Assembly (NCBI RefSeq): GCF_006345805.1
Contig: NC_043004.1
Span: 88,350,001 to 88,414,000 of the forward strand
From: Octopus sinensis
Lineage: Eukaryota
Direction of reading: 5' to 3'
DNA length: 64,000 nt
The position numbers were made by a program, and so were the translations under genes. How positions within the stretch are numbered: the stretch's first letter is position 1; each line of letters opens with the position of its first letter. Below the pieces are notes generated by a model, which saw nothing but the letters and a program-made list of their open reading frames with translations, had not been told where the DNA came from and did not search any database. Shown piece by piece: positions 24,599 to 39,985 of this stretch.

Positions 24599-25003
24599 CC
24601 TCATTTCGAGCATTGAACGACAATATGAATCTTCAAAGACAGTTGTTCCCATAAGTATCAAAATGAAATTTGGATTTTATGGAGGATCAAAGTTGGTAAC
24701 AAAAAGAGGACAGCTGAGACATACAAGGAAGCCGAACGAAAACAAGCATGGAGACCATTAGACTAGAACGAGGGTAAAATAGCGAACGCTGAAGAAATAT
24801 TTTCTCTGACAAGAGAAAAGATTTTACTCTCGTTCTTGTCTAACGATCCTCCATGTTTTTTTTCGCTCGGTTTCCTTCTATATCTCCACTGTCCTGGTTT
24901 TATTCCCAAAGTTAACCCTCCATAAATTCCAAATTTTATTTTGGCACTTATGAGAACAACTCCCTTCGAAGACTCATATTGTCGTTCAATGCTCGAAATG
25001 AGG
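24599..25003. mobile_element. Foldback/MITE-like element: ~180 bp inverted arms with a 40 bp spacer
   Basis: 24599-24780 versus the reverse complement of 24821-25003; the outer 30 bp are identical and the inner part is diverged. Confidence 0.85.
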
Positions 25004-25422
25004 AGTAGATAGACAGCCGACAATTGATGAAGGGTCGCCCTTTATGTTACTTAGCCTGTTATCCATTTGTTTCTCTCGTTGTTTGCGTATCGAACTCATT
25101 TGTTTTTGTATTTCATGTTGTTTACTGTTGATGAGGTCCTGTACCCATATATGCTTGTGTGTGTGTATACACACACACATACATATATATATATATAAAC
25201 AAAATCGAACACATATACACAAGGTGTGTGTTATTAGTTCATGAGTCGGCTGCATTTTTTGGGTGTAAGAGAATATATTCTCAATGCGCCTGTTTTTAAC
25301 ACCAGGCGCATTTAGAATATAAGTAGCCGACCCACAAACTAAAAGAATACACCTTGTGTGTGTGTGTTCAATTTTATTTACACACTTCGAGCTGCTTCTA
25401 ATTCATAATTGAATATAAATAA

Positions 25423-25462
<40 letters not shown>

Positions 25463-25465
<3 letters not shown>

Positions 25466-25880
25466 GCAGTGGCTGTGCGGAAGTAGCTTGCTTACCAACC
25501 ATATGGTTCCGGGTTCATTCCGATTGCGTGGTACCTTGGGCAAGTGTCTTCTACTATAGCCTCGGGTCGACCAAAGCCTTGTGAGTGGATTTGATAGACG
25601 GAAACTGAAAGAAGCCCGTCATATATATGTATATATATATATATATATATATACGTGTGTGTGTGTATATGTTTGTGCGTCTGTGTTTGTCCCCCCAACA
25701 TCGCTTGACAACCGATGGTGTTGTGTTTACGTCCCCGTAACTTAGAGGTTCGGCAAATAAGACCGATAGGATAAGTACTAAGCTTCCAAAGAATAAGTCC
25801 TGGGGTCGATTTGCTCTACTAAAGGCGGTGCTCCAGCATGGCCGCAATCAAATGACTGAAACAAGTAAAAGACAGAAAGA
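25463..25880 (+). mobile_element. SINE family B, full length
   Basis: Head, core, internal microsatellite and tail all present. Confidence 0.92.
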
Positions 25881-25916
25881 TATATATATATATACATACA
25901 TACATACATACATACA

Positions 25917-25950
<34 letters not shown>

Positions 25951-26581
25951 CGCACACACTTTTTGTTGATGTTAATCGGTGGAGATGCACACAAGAAAAA
26001 ACTATTGAGTTTCGACTAAAAATACCCCGTATGGCTTTTGTTCCTCCATCCCAGACATCACAGACACTCCGTTGTTTGCTCTCATATTCATAAAAATAGT
26101 GAACCAGTGACTGGTTGTCGAAAACCTACAACCAATGAAATAAAATGCAATGTGAAAGAATTAAAACAAGCATAAATGTGTGAGAGTGCACATGTGTGTG
26201 TGTGTGTATGTGTGTGTGTATGTGTGTGTCTGTGTGTGTGTGTGTTTGTGTGTGTGTCTGTGTGTGTGTGTGCGCGCGCGTGCGTGTGTGCGTTGTTGTG
26301 TTTGAAGAGGCGAGAAGACATCCTCGATACACCCGTGATCGCAGATCAAGGTTCAGGCGAATAACATAAGCTTAAACAACAAAACAATAGCAACAACATA
26401 TACTGGAGTACGTGACTGAAAATGTTGGTACCAAAATACAATATATCGAATTTCTAATAGCAATAAAAAAAGAAATATTTTTTCAGTCACCGATTGTTAT
26501 ATAAGTAAAAACCACAAAGTAATTTTCATATCAGCGAGATATAAAGAAATCGTTATTGATTTTTCAACAGACAAGTTATAT

Positions 26582-26744
26582 ATAGGCATAGGAGTGGCTT
26601 TGTGGTAAGTAGCTTGCTTACCAACCACATGGTTCCGGGTTCAGTCCAACTACGTGGCACCTTGGACAAGTGTCTTCTACTATAGCCTCGGCCCGACCAA
26701 AGCCTAGTGAGTGGATTTGGTAGACATAAACTGAAAGAAGCCCG

Positions 26745-26779
<35 letters not shown>

Positions 26780-26972
26780 GTATGTATGTATGAGTTTGTA
26801 TATGTTTGTGTGTCTGTATTTGTCCCCTCCCCCAACATCGCTTGACAACCGATGCAAATGAGACTGATAGAATAAGTACTAGGCTTCTAAAGAATAAGTC
26901 GCGGGATCAATTTGCTCGACTAAAGGCGGTGCTGCAGCATGGCCACAATCAAATGACTGAAACAAGTAAAGG
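26582..26972 (+). mobile_element. SINE family B with a deletion in the tail
   Basis: Head ggagtggctttgtggtaag; internal (TC)n(TA)n(TATG)n; tail ends gaaacaagtaaagg. Confidence 0.9.
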
Positions 26973-28202
26973 TGTATATATATATAGTTATTTAGATGAA
27001 GTGGATATCTACCGGTCGGTGTGTTGTCAGTTCGAACTTCTTTCACTGTTAATGTGCTCTGTCCGAGAAAGCCATTATTCGGCCACTCAAGTTGCTAAAT
27101 ATAATTGTGAAATATCTTCCAAATTTCTTCAGCCTGTTTTAGAAATGTAAAGGAGACAATGGATTATGAAGTCCTATATTTGATGTCTGATATGAAAAAA
27201 AGACCCAACAATGAGTTTAGATTGCCACTGGAGTTTCTAGAAATAACAATCAAATCTCTCTCAAATTACATCATGCCATTTCAAAATAAAGTCGCATCGG
27301 ATAATTTAGTCCTACATCTGCTGTTTGATCTAAAAGAAGACCAATAAAAAAAATGGATGTTGTGACTGATGCACTTGATAAAATACCTGTTCAAGCAAAT
27401 ATGACACCTGACTGTAAGTTGATTCCACACGGAGAAAGAGTATAAAGCAGTTTGGAATCATACTCTGTTGAAATACATTTTTTTTCTACACTTGTTTTCT
27501 ATGGAGTTATACTCCAGTGGAGTTATACTTCTATTTTGTGGAGTTATGCTCCAGTGGATGGCTACTGTATATTTGGTGATTGTCTTAGCTGGTTTGGATT
27601 CCAATTCTTAGCAAAATCACCCAAACGTCATCCACAAAACATAACGAAACCATTCCACTACACTTAGCAATGAAGGTCTTTCATAAAAGCAAAATTAAAT
27701 TTTCAACGGTATTGCTGCCGGACTCAACGGAGTTATGATTATAATTAATTACAATAACCGAAGTGAAAACATACATGAAAAGGAGAAACCGGATGACAAC
27801 GGTTTATAAACATGTATATCGAATCAACGGTGGAACATCTACATGGTTGAATGATATGCTTCAAGGACAGTCAAATAGCCCTCAAATCATATTCTGCGTC
27901 CAATTCTTAATAATTCTATAACACATACTTGACGCTTCAAATATCATGCTTTTATGGAAAGAAAACGAGAGCGACAAAATTGAAAGCTTGGACGCGCTGT
28001 TTGAGTTCTTTCCGTTTCAACAACGTTATTTGCATTTAAAAGCGATTATATCTGGTGGTTATAGTAGAGTTATTGCCAATAAAATTATATATATATATAC
28101 ATGGATATACTGTACACACACGCGCGCACACACGCAGACACAATATATATATACAGCATTCCCTTACTATTTACAAATATATATACATATAGATATATAT
28201 AA

Positions 28203-28274
<72 letters not shown>

Positions 28275-28502
28275 GTGTGTAAGTGAGTATATGGTATATA
28301 CATATGTATGTATGTATATATATATATATATACATATGTATATACCATATATTATAGAAGGGCAGTTTATAGTTTATACATAAGTGTATATGTATAGAAT
28401 ATATATGTGCATTTATGTGTATATCATATACATTTATATATATATATATACATATATATATATACATATATTTTTATATATTTATATATATACATATATA
28501 TA

Positions 28503-28533
<31 letters not shown>

Positions 28534-29899
28534 CATATATGTGTGTGTGTGTGCACAACATACATACACACACATATAAGAAGCTTTTTGAAGTTAGACG
28601 TGAAGAACACATGCGAATAGGGGTGTGCAATTCTTAAGCTCTTCAACATTACAAAGGCACAATCATTACACATAACAAGAAAATATAGTTAATAAACCCA
28701 AACATGAAAAGAACCTGCCTAATTCACTCCTCTCCATCAATATAGTAACACAGGTTAAATTTGTGGTCACCAGAATTTGTAGTTTCATGCGATCTTTTAA
28801 TATTGACTACATGCTATTGCGGCTTATCTCCCCGCTCAACACATGGCCGTGCGCAAAGGTATCGACAACACACCAAGGCTCTCCGCCCTCACTAATATTT
28901 CTACATGTTTTTATACTCCGGAGATCCATGTACAAAATGGCTTGCGGTGTTTGCTACGGTTCTTTACGTTCCGAGTTCAACTATTCGCTTGTGCCAAAAG
29001 CTTTTTTTTTATAAGTGTGTCCTAAACGTTCATGCTTGTTTTCAGACTTACACTTAGCTCTTGTTTCTTATGTTCTGATTAATATAAAGCTTTCTTTCAT
29101 GTGCCTTAAGTTACTCTAAGTCGTTGAAAATATTGGGAATATATATCTGTATGATGCATGCACCTGCAATGGACTGGCGTCCTGTCCAGCTGGGGAACAC
29201 ATACACCATAGAAACCGGGAAACCGGGACCATGAGCCAGGATAGGCTTTAAAAGGGCGCAAAAACAATGATGCAGGGACGAGATACCAGGGAAATATGTC
29301 TTGTGCATCATATGTGATGAGGAGGACAGGCAAAGGGCTAAATGTTTGTGATATATAATTTGCATTCCATCTCTCGGGGTTCACAACGTAAAGTAACCAG
29401 TAAGGTTCAATTTAAAATGCTGTAATTATATACATGTGTATAGATGTATTGTACAGCACTTCTATCTCTCTTATGAAATAACTTAAAATTAATACATGTC
29501 GATAAAACATCATACTAAGTTTAAACGTTTCACATCCATTTTGCTTTTCAAAAACAAGTCACTGGTGGCTCGAGACATATGATTTTGCCAAAAATAGACA
29601 ATCTGCATGATTTGATGTAACAAATATTTTCTATTGATTCAGGTTTTTTTTAACATAATTTACTCAAGTATGAAATGGAAGTGGTAATTTGATTTTTCAC
29701 AGATTGACTAAACGAGGAAGAATCTAAAATGTGACACAGTCTGATAGAATTAGTTGCCAAATCTTCCTTAAGTTGAATCCTATTGGCTTAAAATAGAACA
29801 TATTGATTGATTGATGTGGTTCCGATTTCTTGGTGTTAAATAACAGGGACAATCTTCCACATGTCCTGCATCGGACTAAGAAGCGCATATCATATCACA

Positions 29900-30350
29900 A
29901 ATTGGCCGAGGACATTTCTGTCTCTTCTTTCGAGGGCATGCGAAAACCCTCCCTGTTATTCGAATTATAGAGAATCTACATTTCTTCTTGCCTTTTCGTA
30001 GGTAAATATTTTTTCAGGCAAAGAAACACTGACTTACTTATCACATCAATACCGTCCTTTTCTCGAACTCGCCCAAATGGAGTCATTTCTTTTTTACTTA
30101 CAACGTATGCAGAAAGTATTTGTTGGTGGGGCTGTTCTCGTTGCTTGTCATGCTGGGCATTTTTTAATTGAATTTTATTATGACTATCGTTTCCCATTCT
30201 GCAGCTGTATCTAACTTTGAAACTTTGCCAGTTTGATTTTTCCATAAAAATTAATGATATTATTGCTATTTTGTCTGTGCGTATTTCATTGTATGGCTGT
30301 AAGTTTAAAAGCTTGAAGCTTACACTGCCTATCTGCTTTCTGACTTGTTT
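29900..30350 (-). mobile_element. Probable decayed PLE linker/GIY-YIG remnant of a different lineage
   Basis: QSFKVRYSCRMGNDSHNKIQL resembles the PLE motif 'K.SYSCM.NM..II..HN.KI'; downstream motifs are eroded. Confidence 0.45.
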
Positions 30351-31046
30351 CTTCATTGCTATATTTACTTATTAATGAAAACAGAGGTGGACGACATCTT
30401 AAAAACCCGACTCTTCGAAATTATTAATCTTGCGCTAATATCAAAAATCATTAGAGTTCAAATCACGCCGAGATCAACTGTGCTTTTCATTCTTCCAGGA
30501 TCGATAAAATAAAATATCAGTAAAGTAAAGGCGAAGTATCGACTAACTTCAGGCCCTTAAAATAACTGGCCTTGTGATAGAATTAGAAACCATTCTGATA
30601 GAATTAGAAACCATTATAACAGACTTCATTATGGTAGCTTTAAATATGTCCTGTTGCTGCATGATGCAAATACATTGTTTCCACTATTTTCGAAAACTTG
30701 GCGTCTTCTAATTTTTCCAAATTTATTTAGGTAATTCATCCACGTATCACAATAATTTTATTTTGATTCTGATCGGACGTAGCTTAACAGAAATATAACA
30801 ATATTCTGATTCTTGAAAAAATTTCGCTGATTTTTTTTGCTTTCTAAACATAGAGAAATAATTTGTCTGTGATATTAAGATCTCCTCTCTCTCTCTTTTT
30901 ATCTCCCTTTCTTTCTCTCTCTCTCCCTCTCTCTCACACTCTGTCCTTCTCTCTCTTTTTCCCCTCTGTCTCTACTTCGTGCTCTCTCGACACACACACG
31001 CACGCACACACATGCACATACACACACGTATAGATATATCCATGCA

Positions 31047-31081
<35 letters not shown>

Positions 31082-31194
31082 CTTCTATACATACATGTAT
31101 GTACACACACACATATATATATATAATATATATATATATATATAATATATATATATATGCTTCTATACATACATGTATGTACACACACACACAC

Positions 31195-31251
<57 letters not shown>

Positions 31252-32136
31252 TATATATATATAATATATAATAATATTATATATATATGTGTGTGTATAT
31301 ATATATATATATACAGATACGTGTATGTATGCATTTGTATATCTGTCTATCTATCTATCTCTTTACATACACACATATATATTTCTACATATAATTATAT
31401 ATAACTATATACACACACACAAACACGTACACACATATGTACATATGTATATATATGTTTTAATTTTACGTAGATGTATCTCTCCTTATATATATATGTG
31501 TGTGTGTGTGTTCGTGCGTGTGTGCGTTTGTGTATTTATCTGTAGAAGTGTGTTTGTGTGTGTGTATGTATATGTGTGCGTTTACGCGCGCGCGTGTGTT
31601 TGATTTATTTTTACCTAATCAGCTCTAGAGACACAATTACTACTTGCCTTTCTACTCACAGATGAAACTGTTTTTTCTTTATATTAGTCAAAACTTTGGC
31701 TGTTAGGTCTGAAAAAAACAACAACCAAGATTCATGTTTAATCTAATATACATTCGAATATAGTATTTATAACACAATGTAATATATATATATATATTTT
31801 ATATATATAACAGCACATAAAAATTCTAGTCGTGTACTTTCTTTATATATAAGCATACTTAAAATAAATTCATTTTAGCTGTAATGATATACACATGGAC
31901 ACGTTATAGAAAGCCATATGGTTCAGGATTCAGTCCCACTGCATGGCACACTCGGCAAGTGAGTTCTGCTACTATAGCCTCGGCTCAAGCGAAGCCTTTT
32001 GAGGGGATTTGGTAGGCAGAACCTGAATGAAGACAGTCGTATATATATATACGTATATATACATATCTATATAGACATATGTATATGTACGCATATATAC
32101 ATATGTATATATATGCGAATATATACATAAATATAC

Positions 32137-33249
<1,113 letters not shown>

Positions 33250-33259
33250 GGATCGATAT

Positions 33260-33301
<42 letters not shown>

Positions 33302-35105
33302 ATATATTGAAAACATTACACAGGTGGCCTTCTGCATGATAAACATAGTCAAGTACGGATCGATACACTGAATATAGGGAACCTGATAATGAGTTTTTTT
33401 AGGTCACTACATTATAATTCATTAAATCATTACAATATAATTGATTATAACTGATTTAAAAATGAATCTTGAGGCTGAGTGGTTAAGCAACTTGCTTTGC
33501 TGTCGCGTGGTTTGAGGTTTAGACTCACTGAGCAGCATCTTGAGGGCTGTCTTCTTGAATAACACCCGACCGGCCAATGCCTTGACAATGAATTTGGTAG
33601 ACAAAAACTGTAGGAAGCCTGTCGTATATATGTATCTATGTAATTATACGTGTGTGTGAGTATGTGAGTGATGTGTGTGTGTCTGTATGTGTGTGTGTGT
33701 TATTTTATCGATGTTTGTCAGCCCACCACTGCTTGAAAACCGTTGTTTGACTTTACTTCCTTCTAACTTAGTGGTTCGGCATAAATTTCCGACAGAAAAA
33801 AATTCAGGCTTAAAAAATTAAGTAGAGGAGTTGATTTGTCGTACTAAAACCTTTCAATGCTATACCCTAAAATGGCTGCCAACCAATAACTCAAAGAAAT
33901 GAAGGATGAAAAGATCATCAATTATTTTCTTGCATTATCCTCAGTACATAAAAACCTTATTCCGCTCCAATGACCGATATTTTCTCCGTTTTTCACAGGG
34001 TAATCGGATGAGCAACGGACTTTCTCTTCGTTAGATATATCTCTAGTGCATAGAAATTGACCTTTCCTGTGACAAAATTCGGAAATGCCACTGTGCAGAA
34101 ATGAATCCTTGGTCAGATGAAGATTCTGCCGTTACATACAGTTACCAAAGGCATTGAACTGACAGTATCGTTAAATCATCTGAATAAAGCTTTGTTGTCG
34201 TATTTGTTTTGGCTGTTTTAATTTCTGAGTTCAGATCGTGCTGAAGTCAACTTTGCGATTCCCCCTCATGACGAGGATAAAATAAGACACCAATCAGATA
34301 CCGAGGGCGATGTAATCAGCAAAAAACTTCAGGCTTTGTGCCTAAATAAAAAACCATGTAGGGCGATGAATTGGCAGAATAGTAAGAGTTATATAAAAAT
34401 GTATTTTATTATTTCTTCAGGCTCTTCACATTCTGAGTTCACATCTCGCTGAGATCAATTTTACCTTTCATTCCTCAGTGGTCGATAAAATAAATTTGCC
34501 GTCAAGTGCCGATGTTACAAACTAAACCTGTCATCCCAAATTTCTGACCTTGTACCTAAATTAGAAACAATTAACTTTTTAACCTTTTACGATATTTAAT
34601 TGCAATTTAGGAAACTAAGCCGATGGGCAGTGTCTCTCGACCTCGCAAACACTTCCAACGTCACTGACCACTGGGTTCACACGAATTACGATTAACACAT
34701 CACACCGGACAACTGTTTGTCCAGTACGCTATAGACTCGGTCACTTGTACTCTAAAAGTAATGTCCGAATATCTGCTAAACAACGTACTTTGGCTGCACA
34801 TAACTACTGTTAATTGAATAATCACATGTTACTGTCTCCCTAGTGTTAAAACAGAAAAGTGCTATCTAACGGGAAGCCTTATACAATGTTAGAGCTACTG
34901 ATTGCTGCTTTGTGTAAATTATCGCACCAGCATAATCAGATTTAGATCGGTCTCTCTCTCTCTTTATCTCTCTCTGTGCCTATGTATATATATATATATA
35001 GTTATCCGTAATAATGAAGGGTGAAATTAATTAATTTGGAAAAATTATCAATTACACCAAGTAGTCTTCGGCATGTAAAAGCCTCATTCGAGGAAAATTT
35101 AAGTA

Positions 35106-35355
35106 ATACTAAGCAATAAGGGTTAGCAACGAGTTGCCTTACCCATACCGAATTTAGAAATAGCAGTCAAAGGGTTATAGCTATTTCTTCTACTAAAAAG
35201 GGAGATCTCAGTAAAAACAGCATTTGTATCTGCCTTCCAAATGCTGTTTTTACTGAGATCTCCCTTTTTAGTAGAAGAAATAGCTATAACCCTTTGACTG
35301 CTATTTCTAAATTCGGTATGTGGTAAGGCAATCGTTGCTAACCCTTATTGCTTAG

Positions 35356-35358
<3 letters not shown>
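35106..35358. repeat. Near-perfect palindrome: ~121 bp arms with an 11 bp spacer
   Basis: atactaagcaataaggg...cagcatttg / tatctgccttc / caaatgctg...cccttattgcttagtat. Confidence 0.92.
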
Positions 35359-35428
<70 letters not shown>

Positions 35429-35836
35429 CATATATATAACATATACACATATATATAATACATATATATACATATATATATATACACACACATAGGTGTA
35501 TATATGTATGTATATACATATATATATATCCACATACACATACATACATGCATACACATACATACATACATAAATAAATAAATACATACATACTTACATA
35601 CATACATACGTGCATACATGCACACATTCAAACAGATAGATCTTTGAATTACATTCGACAGACAAAGAAAATAAACTGAATTTAGAAATTGAATCATACA
35701 ATGAACGTGCCAAGGTACCAAGGTGCCAAAGTGCTATAGTAAATAAAGTAAAAGAGTCATCTGTCGGTGTCGGTGATGCGTATTTCACTTATTCAACGAA
35801 AAGAACGACTATTCTATAAAAATCAGAATATTGATT

Positions 35837-36044
35837 AGGGCGGCGAGCTGGCAGAATCGTTACCATGCCAGTCGAAATATTTAGCGGCATTTTGTCTGCC
35901 GTTACGTTCTGAGTTCAAACTCCGCCGAGGTCGACTTTGCCTTTCATCCTTTCGGGGTCGATTAAATAAGTACCAGTTACGCAGTGGGGTCGGTGTAATC
36001 GACTTAAACCCTTTGTTTGTCCCTTGTGGGCAATAAAAAAATAA
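35837..36044 (+). mobile_element. SINE family A
   Basis: Complete head and core; shortened tail. Confidence 0.9.
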
Positions 36045-36369
36045 ATATTCATTTTCGAAGGGATTCTTGTTTGACTTAAATAATTTGTTTCGCAGTTACC
36101 AGGTTTGGGATTTAATCTGACTTCGACTAATCTTGACTAAATATCATCTACAACAAGGTGTTTTTTTACGACTATCTATAGAACGGAACATCTAATACTT
36201 AATCAAGTGGGTTTTTTTCTGAAAGTCAGTTAAATGTACTTATGAGGAGAAAAATATTGAAAGAACTGACAAACAAATGAGGAGGGTACATTTGAGGGAT
36301 GAGGAATTATGTACATTATTTACATTATTTACATTTGACCGGTATTTGTGCTCATCTTGCTTGTTGCTA

Positions 36370-36413
36370 ACACAACGTTTCGGCTGATATACTCTCCAGC
36401 CTTCTTCAGGTGT
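36370..36413 (-). ncRNA. Minimal type I hammerhead motif (canonical core)
   Basis: ACAC-CTGAAGA-A-GGCTG(gagagtatat)CAGCC-GAAAC-GTT-GTGT. Confidence 0.75.
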
Positions 36414-36542
36414 CCTGGGAAAATCTCGAACCTGGGTTCGATAATAATAATAATAATAATAATAATGATGATGATGATGATGATGGTAATAACATCGAAA
36501 AATACCTTAGGAATGAGAACCGAGGTTCGAAATTTCTCCAGG

Positions 36543-36586
36543 ACACCTGAAGAAGGCTGGAGAGTATATTAGCCGAAACGTAGTGT
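36543..36586 (+). ncRNA. Minimal type I hammerhead motif (canonical core)
   Basis: ACAC-CTGAAGA-A-GGCTG(gagagtatat)TAGCC-GAAAC-GTA-GTGT; palindromic ACGT stem III. Confidence 0.78.
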
Positions 36587-37304
36587 TAGCAACAAACAAG
36601 ATGAGGACAAATATCCGTCATATGTAAATAATGTAAACAAACGAGGAGGGTATGAAATGGTTGTGAGATGTGCTAAAAATAACAGCTATATATCCCTTAA
36701 ATCACGTACCAAAATAAATAAAAATTTTTTGCATAATCGTATTAATCCTCGTGTGTAGCACACAAATTCTTAACAATTTCCTGAGAATTGCAAAGGGTAA
36801 AACAGTCAGGAAGACTTATATGGCGTACTTAGAGCAGAATTCCGCTGAAGTTTACATACCGGTTGCATTCGCTCTGACGTTCGCGGCTGGTGAAAGAACG
36901 GAAACGTGAAACTCAGACGAAAGAGGATTAATGTTTAGGGGATCAGATGAGATATGATAAAACTTTAAAATATGTATTGAGTATTATTTTTTACCCCTTT
37001 TTCACATCAGCTTTCATTTAATAAACATATATGTACACACGCACACACACACGCACATACAAACACATACATAGCACAAATACTCACAAACAGACACAAA
37101 GTACACACACACATATATTCTTTCATTTTTTTTACTTGTTTCCGTAATTTTCACAGCGGCCATGCTGGATCAATATATATGGTGGTGCCCCAGCATGGCC
37201 GCGGCCTTCGGGCTAAACCATTCTTAAGGAAGAATATATATATATATATATATATATGTATATTTAAAATCGTTATTTTCACCCAAACCCACACGTCTAT
37301 ATTC

Positions 37305-37686
37305 TATTTATCTCTTACACTTGTTCCAGTCATTAGACTGCGGCCTTGCTGGAGCATCACCTCGAAGTTTTAGACAGATGAGTCGAACTCAGTACTTAAT
37401 TATTTTCTTTTAAGCCTGATACTTATTTTATCAGCCTCCATGCCGAACTGCTAAGTTACGGAGACGTAAACACACCAACACCGGTTGTCAAGCAATAGTG
37501 AGGGACAAGCACTGACACACACACATATAGATATATATATATATATACAGCGAGCTTCTTTTAGTTTCCGTCTACCAAAATCCACTCGCAAATATTTGGT
37601 CGGGCCGTGAATATAGTAGAAGACTCTCTATTGAACTCGGAACTATGTGGTTGGGAAGCAAACTTCTTACCACACAAGCACGCCTG
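37305..37686 (-). mobile_element. SINE family B, diverged
   Basis: Tail, internal repeat and head are recognisable. Confidence 0.85.
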
Positions 37687-38010
37687 TATGGGTGTATATG
37701 TTTCTGTATACGTATTAGACACCCACTCATACAAATACGTATATAAAACGTCATCGTAGGTTGAAAAATACATTCTATTCACGTACATACTGACGTTTAT
37801 ACGTACATTGATATATGCGTTCATGTATACATACATATACAAACACCTGTAGGAAAATGAGGCCACCTATTTACACATACAAACACACCTACGTATATGC
37901 ACACAGACACGTATATATATGTGTGTGTGTGTGTGTGTGTTGTGTGTGTGTGTATATATATAAGTATATATAGATATTATATATATATATATATATACAT
38001 ATATACATAT

Positions 38011-38079
<69 letters not shown>

Positions 38080-38424
38080 CATACATACATACATACATAC
38101 ATATACATATATACATATATATATATATATTATATATATATATATAATATATATATTATATATACATATACATACATACATACATACATATACATTACAT
38201 ATATATATATAATATATATATATATATATACTTAAACATACTTAAACATACTGTCACACCACCTCGTTACAATGATACGCTAGTAAGTGAAACTTCGAAT
38301 GCCATGGACATAATGTTCTCCATGGCGTGACGTGTTTTTGGTCTAACGTGAATTCTCTACCAGACTAATATACCAGTGACTAAATCGTAGAATTAATAGA
38401 ACTAGACGTGTTTGTGTGTGTGTG

Positions 38425-38484
<60 letters not shown>

Positions 38485-38537
38485 CATATAGATAGATTGA
38501 TTGATTGAAATAGCAATATGTCTATAACAATATGTAT

Positions 38538-38582
<45 letters not shown>

Positions 38583-38687
38583 AATCTATCTATCTATGTA
38601 TGTATCTATCTACCTGTTTGGCTGTCTGTCTGTCGCTCTCTCTCCCCCTCTTTCTTTCTCTCTCTCTCTCTTTATATATATATATAT

Positions 38688-39015
38688 ACTGTTATGTCTG
38701 GGGAGAGTCATTCTGTTTTGGTGCCTTATAATTTAACACATTCACCGGTAAAATTTCCACTTATTTCTTATTTTTATTTTCCAAAAACTTTCGTTGCGTC
38801 TTGCAACCTTTTCAATAATCTTGACTTTTGAAGACTATTGAAAAGTTTGCAAGACGCCACGAAAATTTTAGGAAAATAAAAATAAGAAATAAGTGGAAAT
38901 TTTACCTATGACTGTGTTAAATTATAAGGCACCAAAAGAGAATATCTCCAGACACAACAGTATGTGCTTCAACACATGAACTCACATAGACAATCTTGCA
39001 AACCAAATCCAAAAA
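38688..39015. mobile_element. Palindromic pair of pLTR-type units, each with a decayed UUGAAAA-core hammerhead (38783-38817 -, 38835-38871 +)
   Basis: Inverted arms centred at ~38825; same family as 20705-20915. Confidence 0.8.
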
Positions 39016-39332
39016 CGATATATATATATATATATAGATCATAAGGACACGTGAAAGTGCCTATCCACTAGAAATGAGAGTTTAAATCCTCATTTGGATC
39101 ACCCAAATAATTATTGAAAATAAGAAAATAACAGATTCAACAGTATACGTGCAGCTATATAATGCTGATTTAGGCCTGCAACCACCAACATTGATGTTCT
39201 TATTATCAACTATTTGTATTGCTTTCGATAGTAATAAGAATATTAATATCTATATAAATATTCGCTTTTGAATATCTTACCGCTGATAGACAAACATACA
39301 TACATACATACATACATACATGCATGCATACA

Positions 39333-39366
<34 letters not shown>

Positions 39367-39378
39367 CATGCATGCATG

Positions 39379-39410
<32 letters not shown>

Positions 39411-39476
39411 CATACATACATACATACATATATACATACATATATATATACATAACTCGCTCTGAGATTCATTATA

Positions 39477-39543
<67 letters not shown>

Positions 39544-39985
39544 AGTGACCATTGTGTAGAGCTGTTTACCAACTGACGGCCGCGCGATAAAACGCACACA
39601 CGTACACATAAAATATTTTCTACCCCCTGACGGATTTCTCAGCAGTGACCAGAGTGTAGCGCTTCTTACCAACTTGCGGCCGCGCATATATAGATCAGTA
39701 CACACACACATGTTTCTAAGTAGATTTTGCTCGCCCCATATAATACACCTTATATTCTTTAAATAGTCAGAACTTTAGTCTCGGTCACAAAGAACATCTA
39801 CGCACCCCGTGCCCTCACCCACCGGAATGACCGCTGCCTGACCCGTTAAAATCTTCAACGCACCCACCACCCGTTTTCAACATACATTGATAAACAGTTT
39901 GGCCATGGGCTCTTAGGACCCTCGTTCGATTTGTTTTGCTCCGCCTCTGTTCTGTTTTTGTTTTTTCCAACGGATTTCCTATTTC

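Larger units (their letters stand above)
36310..36640. mobile_element. Palindromic pair of pLTR-type units around (TAA)n(TGA)n
   Basis: The left arm 36315-36440 is the reverse complement of 36515-36635. Confidence 0.85.

Noticed and set aside
24787-24835. CTGAAGA...GAAA in the foldback spacer as another hammerhead
   Set aside because: No UH triplet in register with the potential AACG/CGTT stem I.
24763-25023. 86-aa ORF with protein-like sequence
   Set aside because: It is one arm of the foldback; differences between the arms are not enriched for synonymous changes and the other arm has a stop.
27159-27667. ORFs 27159..27347 and 27452..27667 as host exons
   Set aside because: The first overlaps a decayed repeat also seen near 10.4, 22.9, 43.8 and 57.6 kb; neither has a recognisable domain.
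33980-34190. Acceptor-like tttttcacAG, a short frame (GNRMSNGLSLR-stop) and AATAAA at 34183 as a terminal exon
   Set aside because: Such signals are common by chance in AT-rich DNA, and no upstream exon was found; RNA-seq would be needed.
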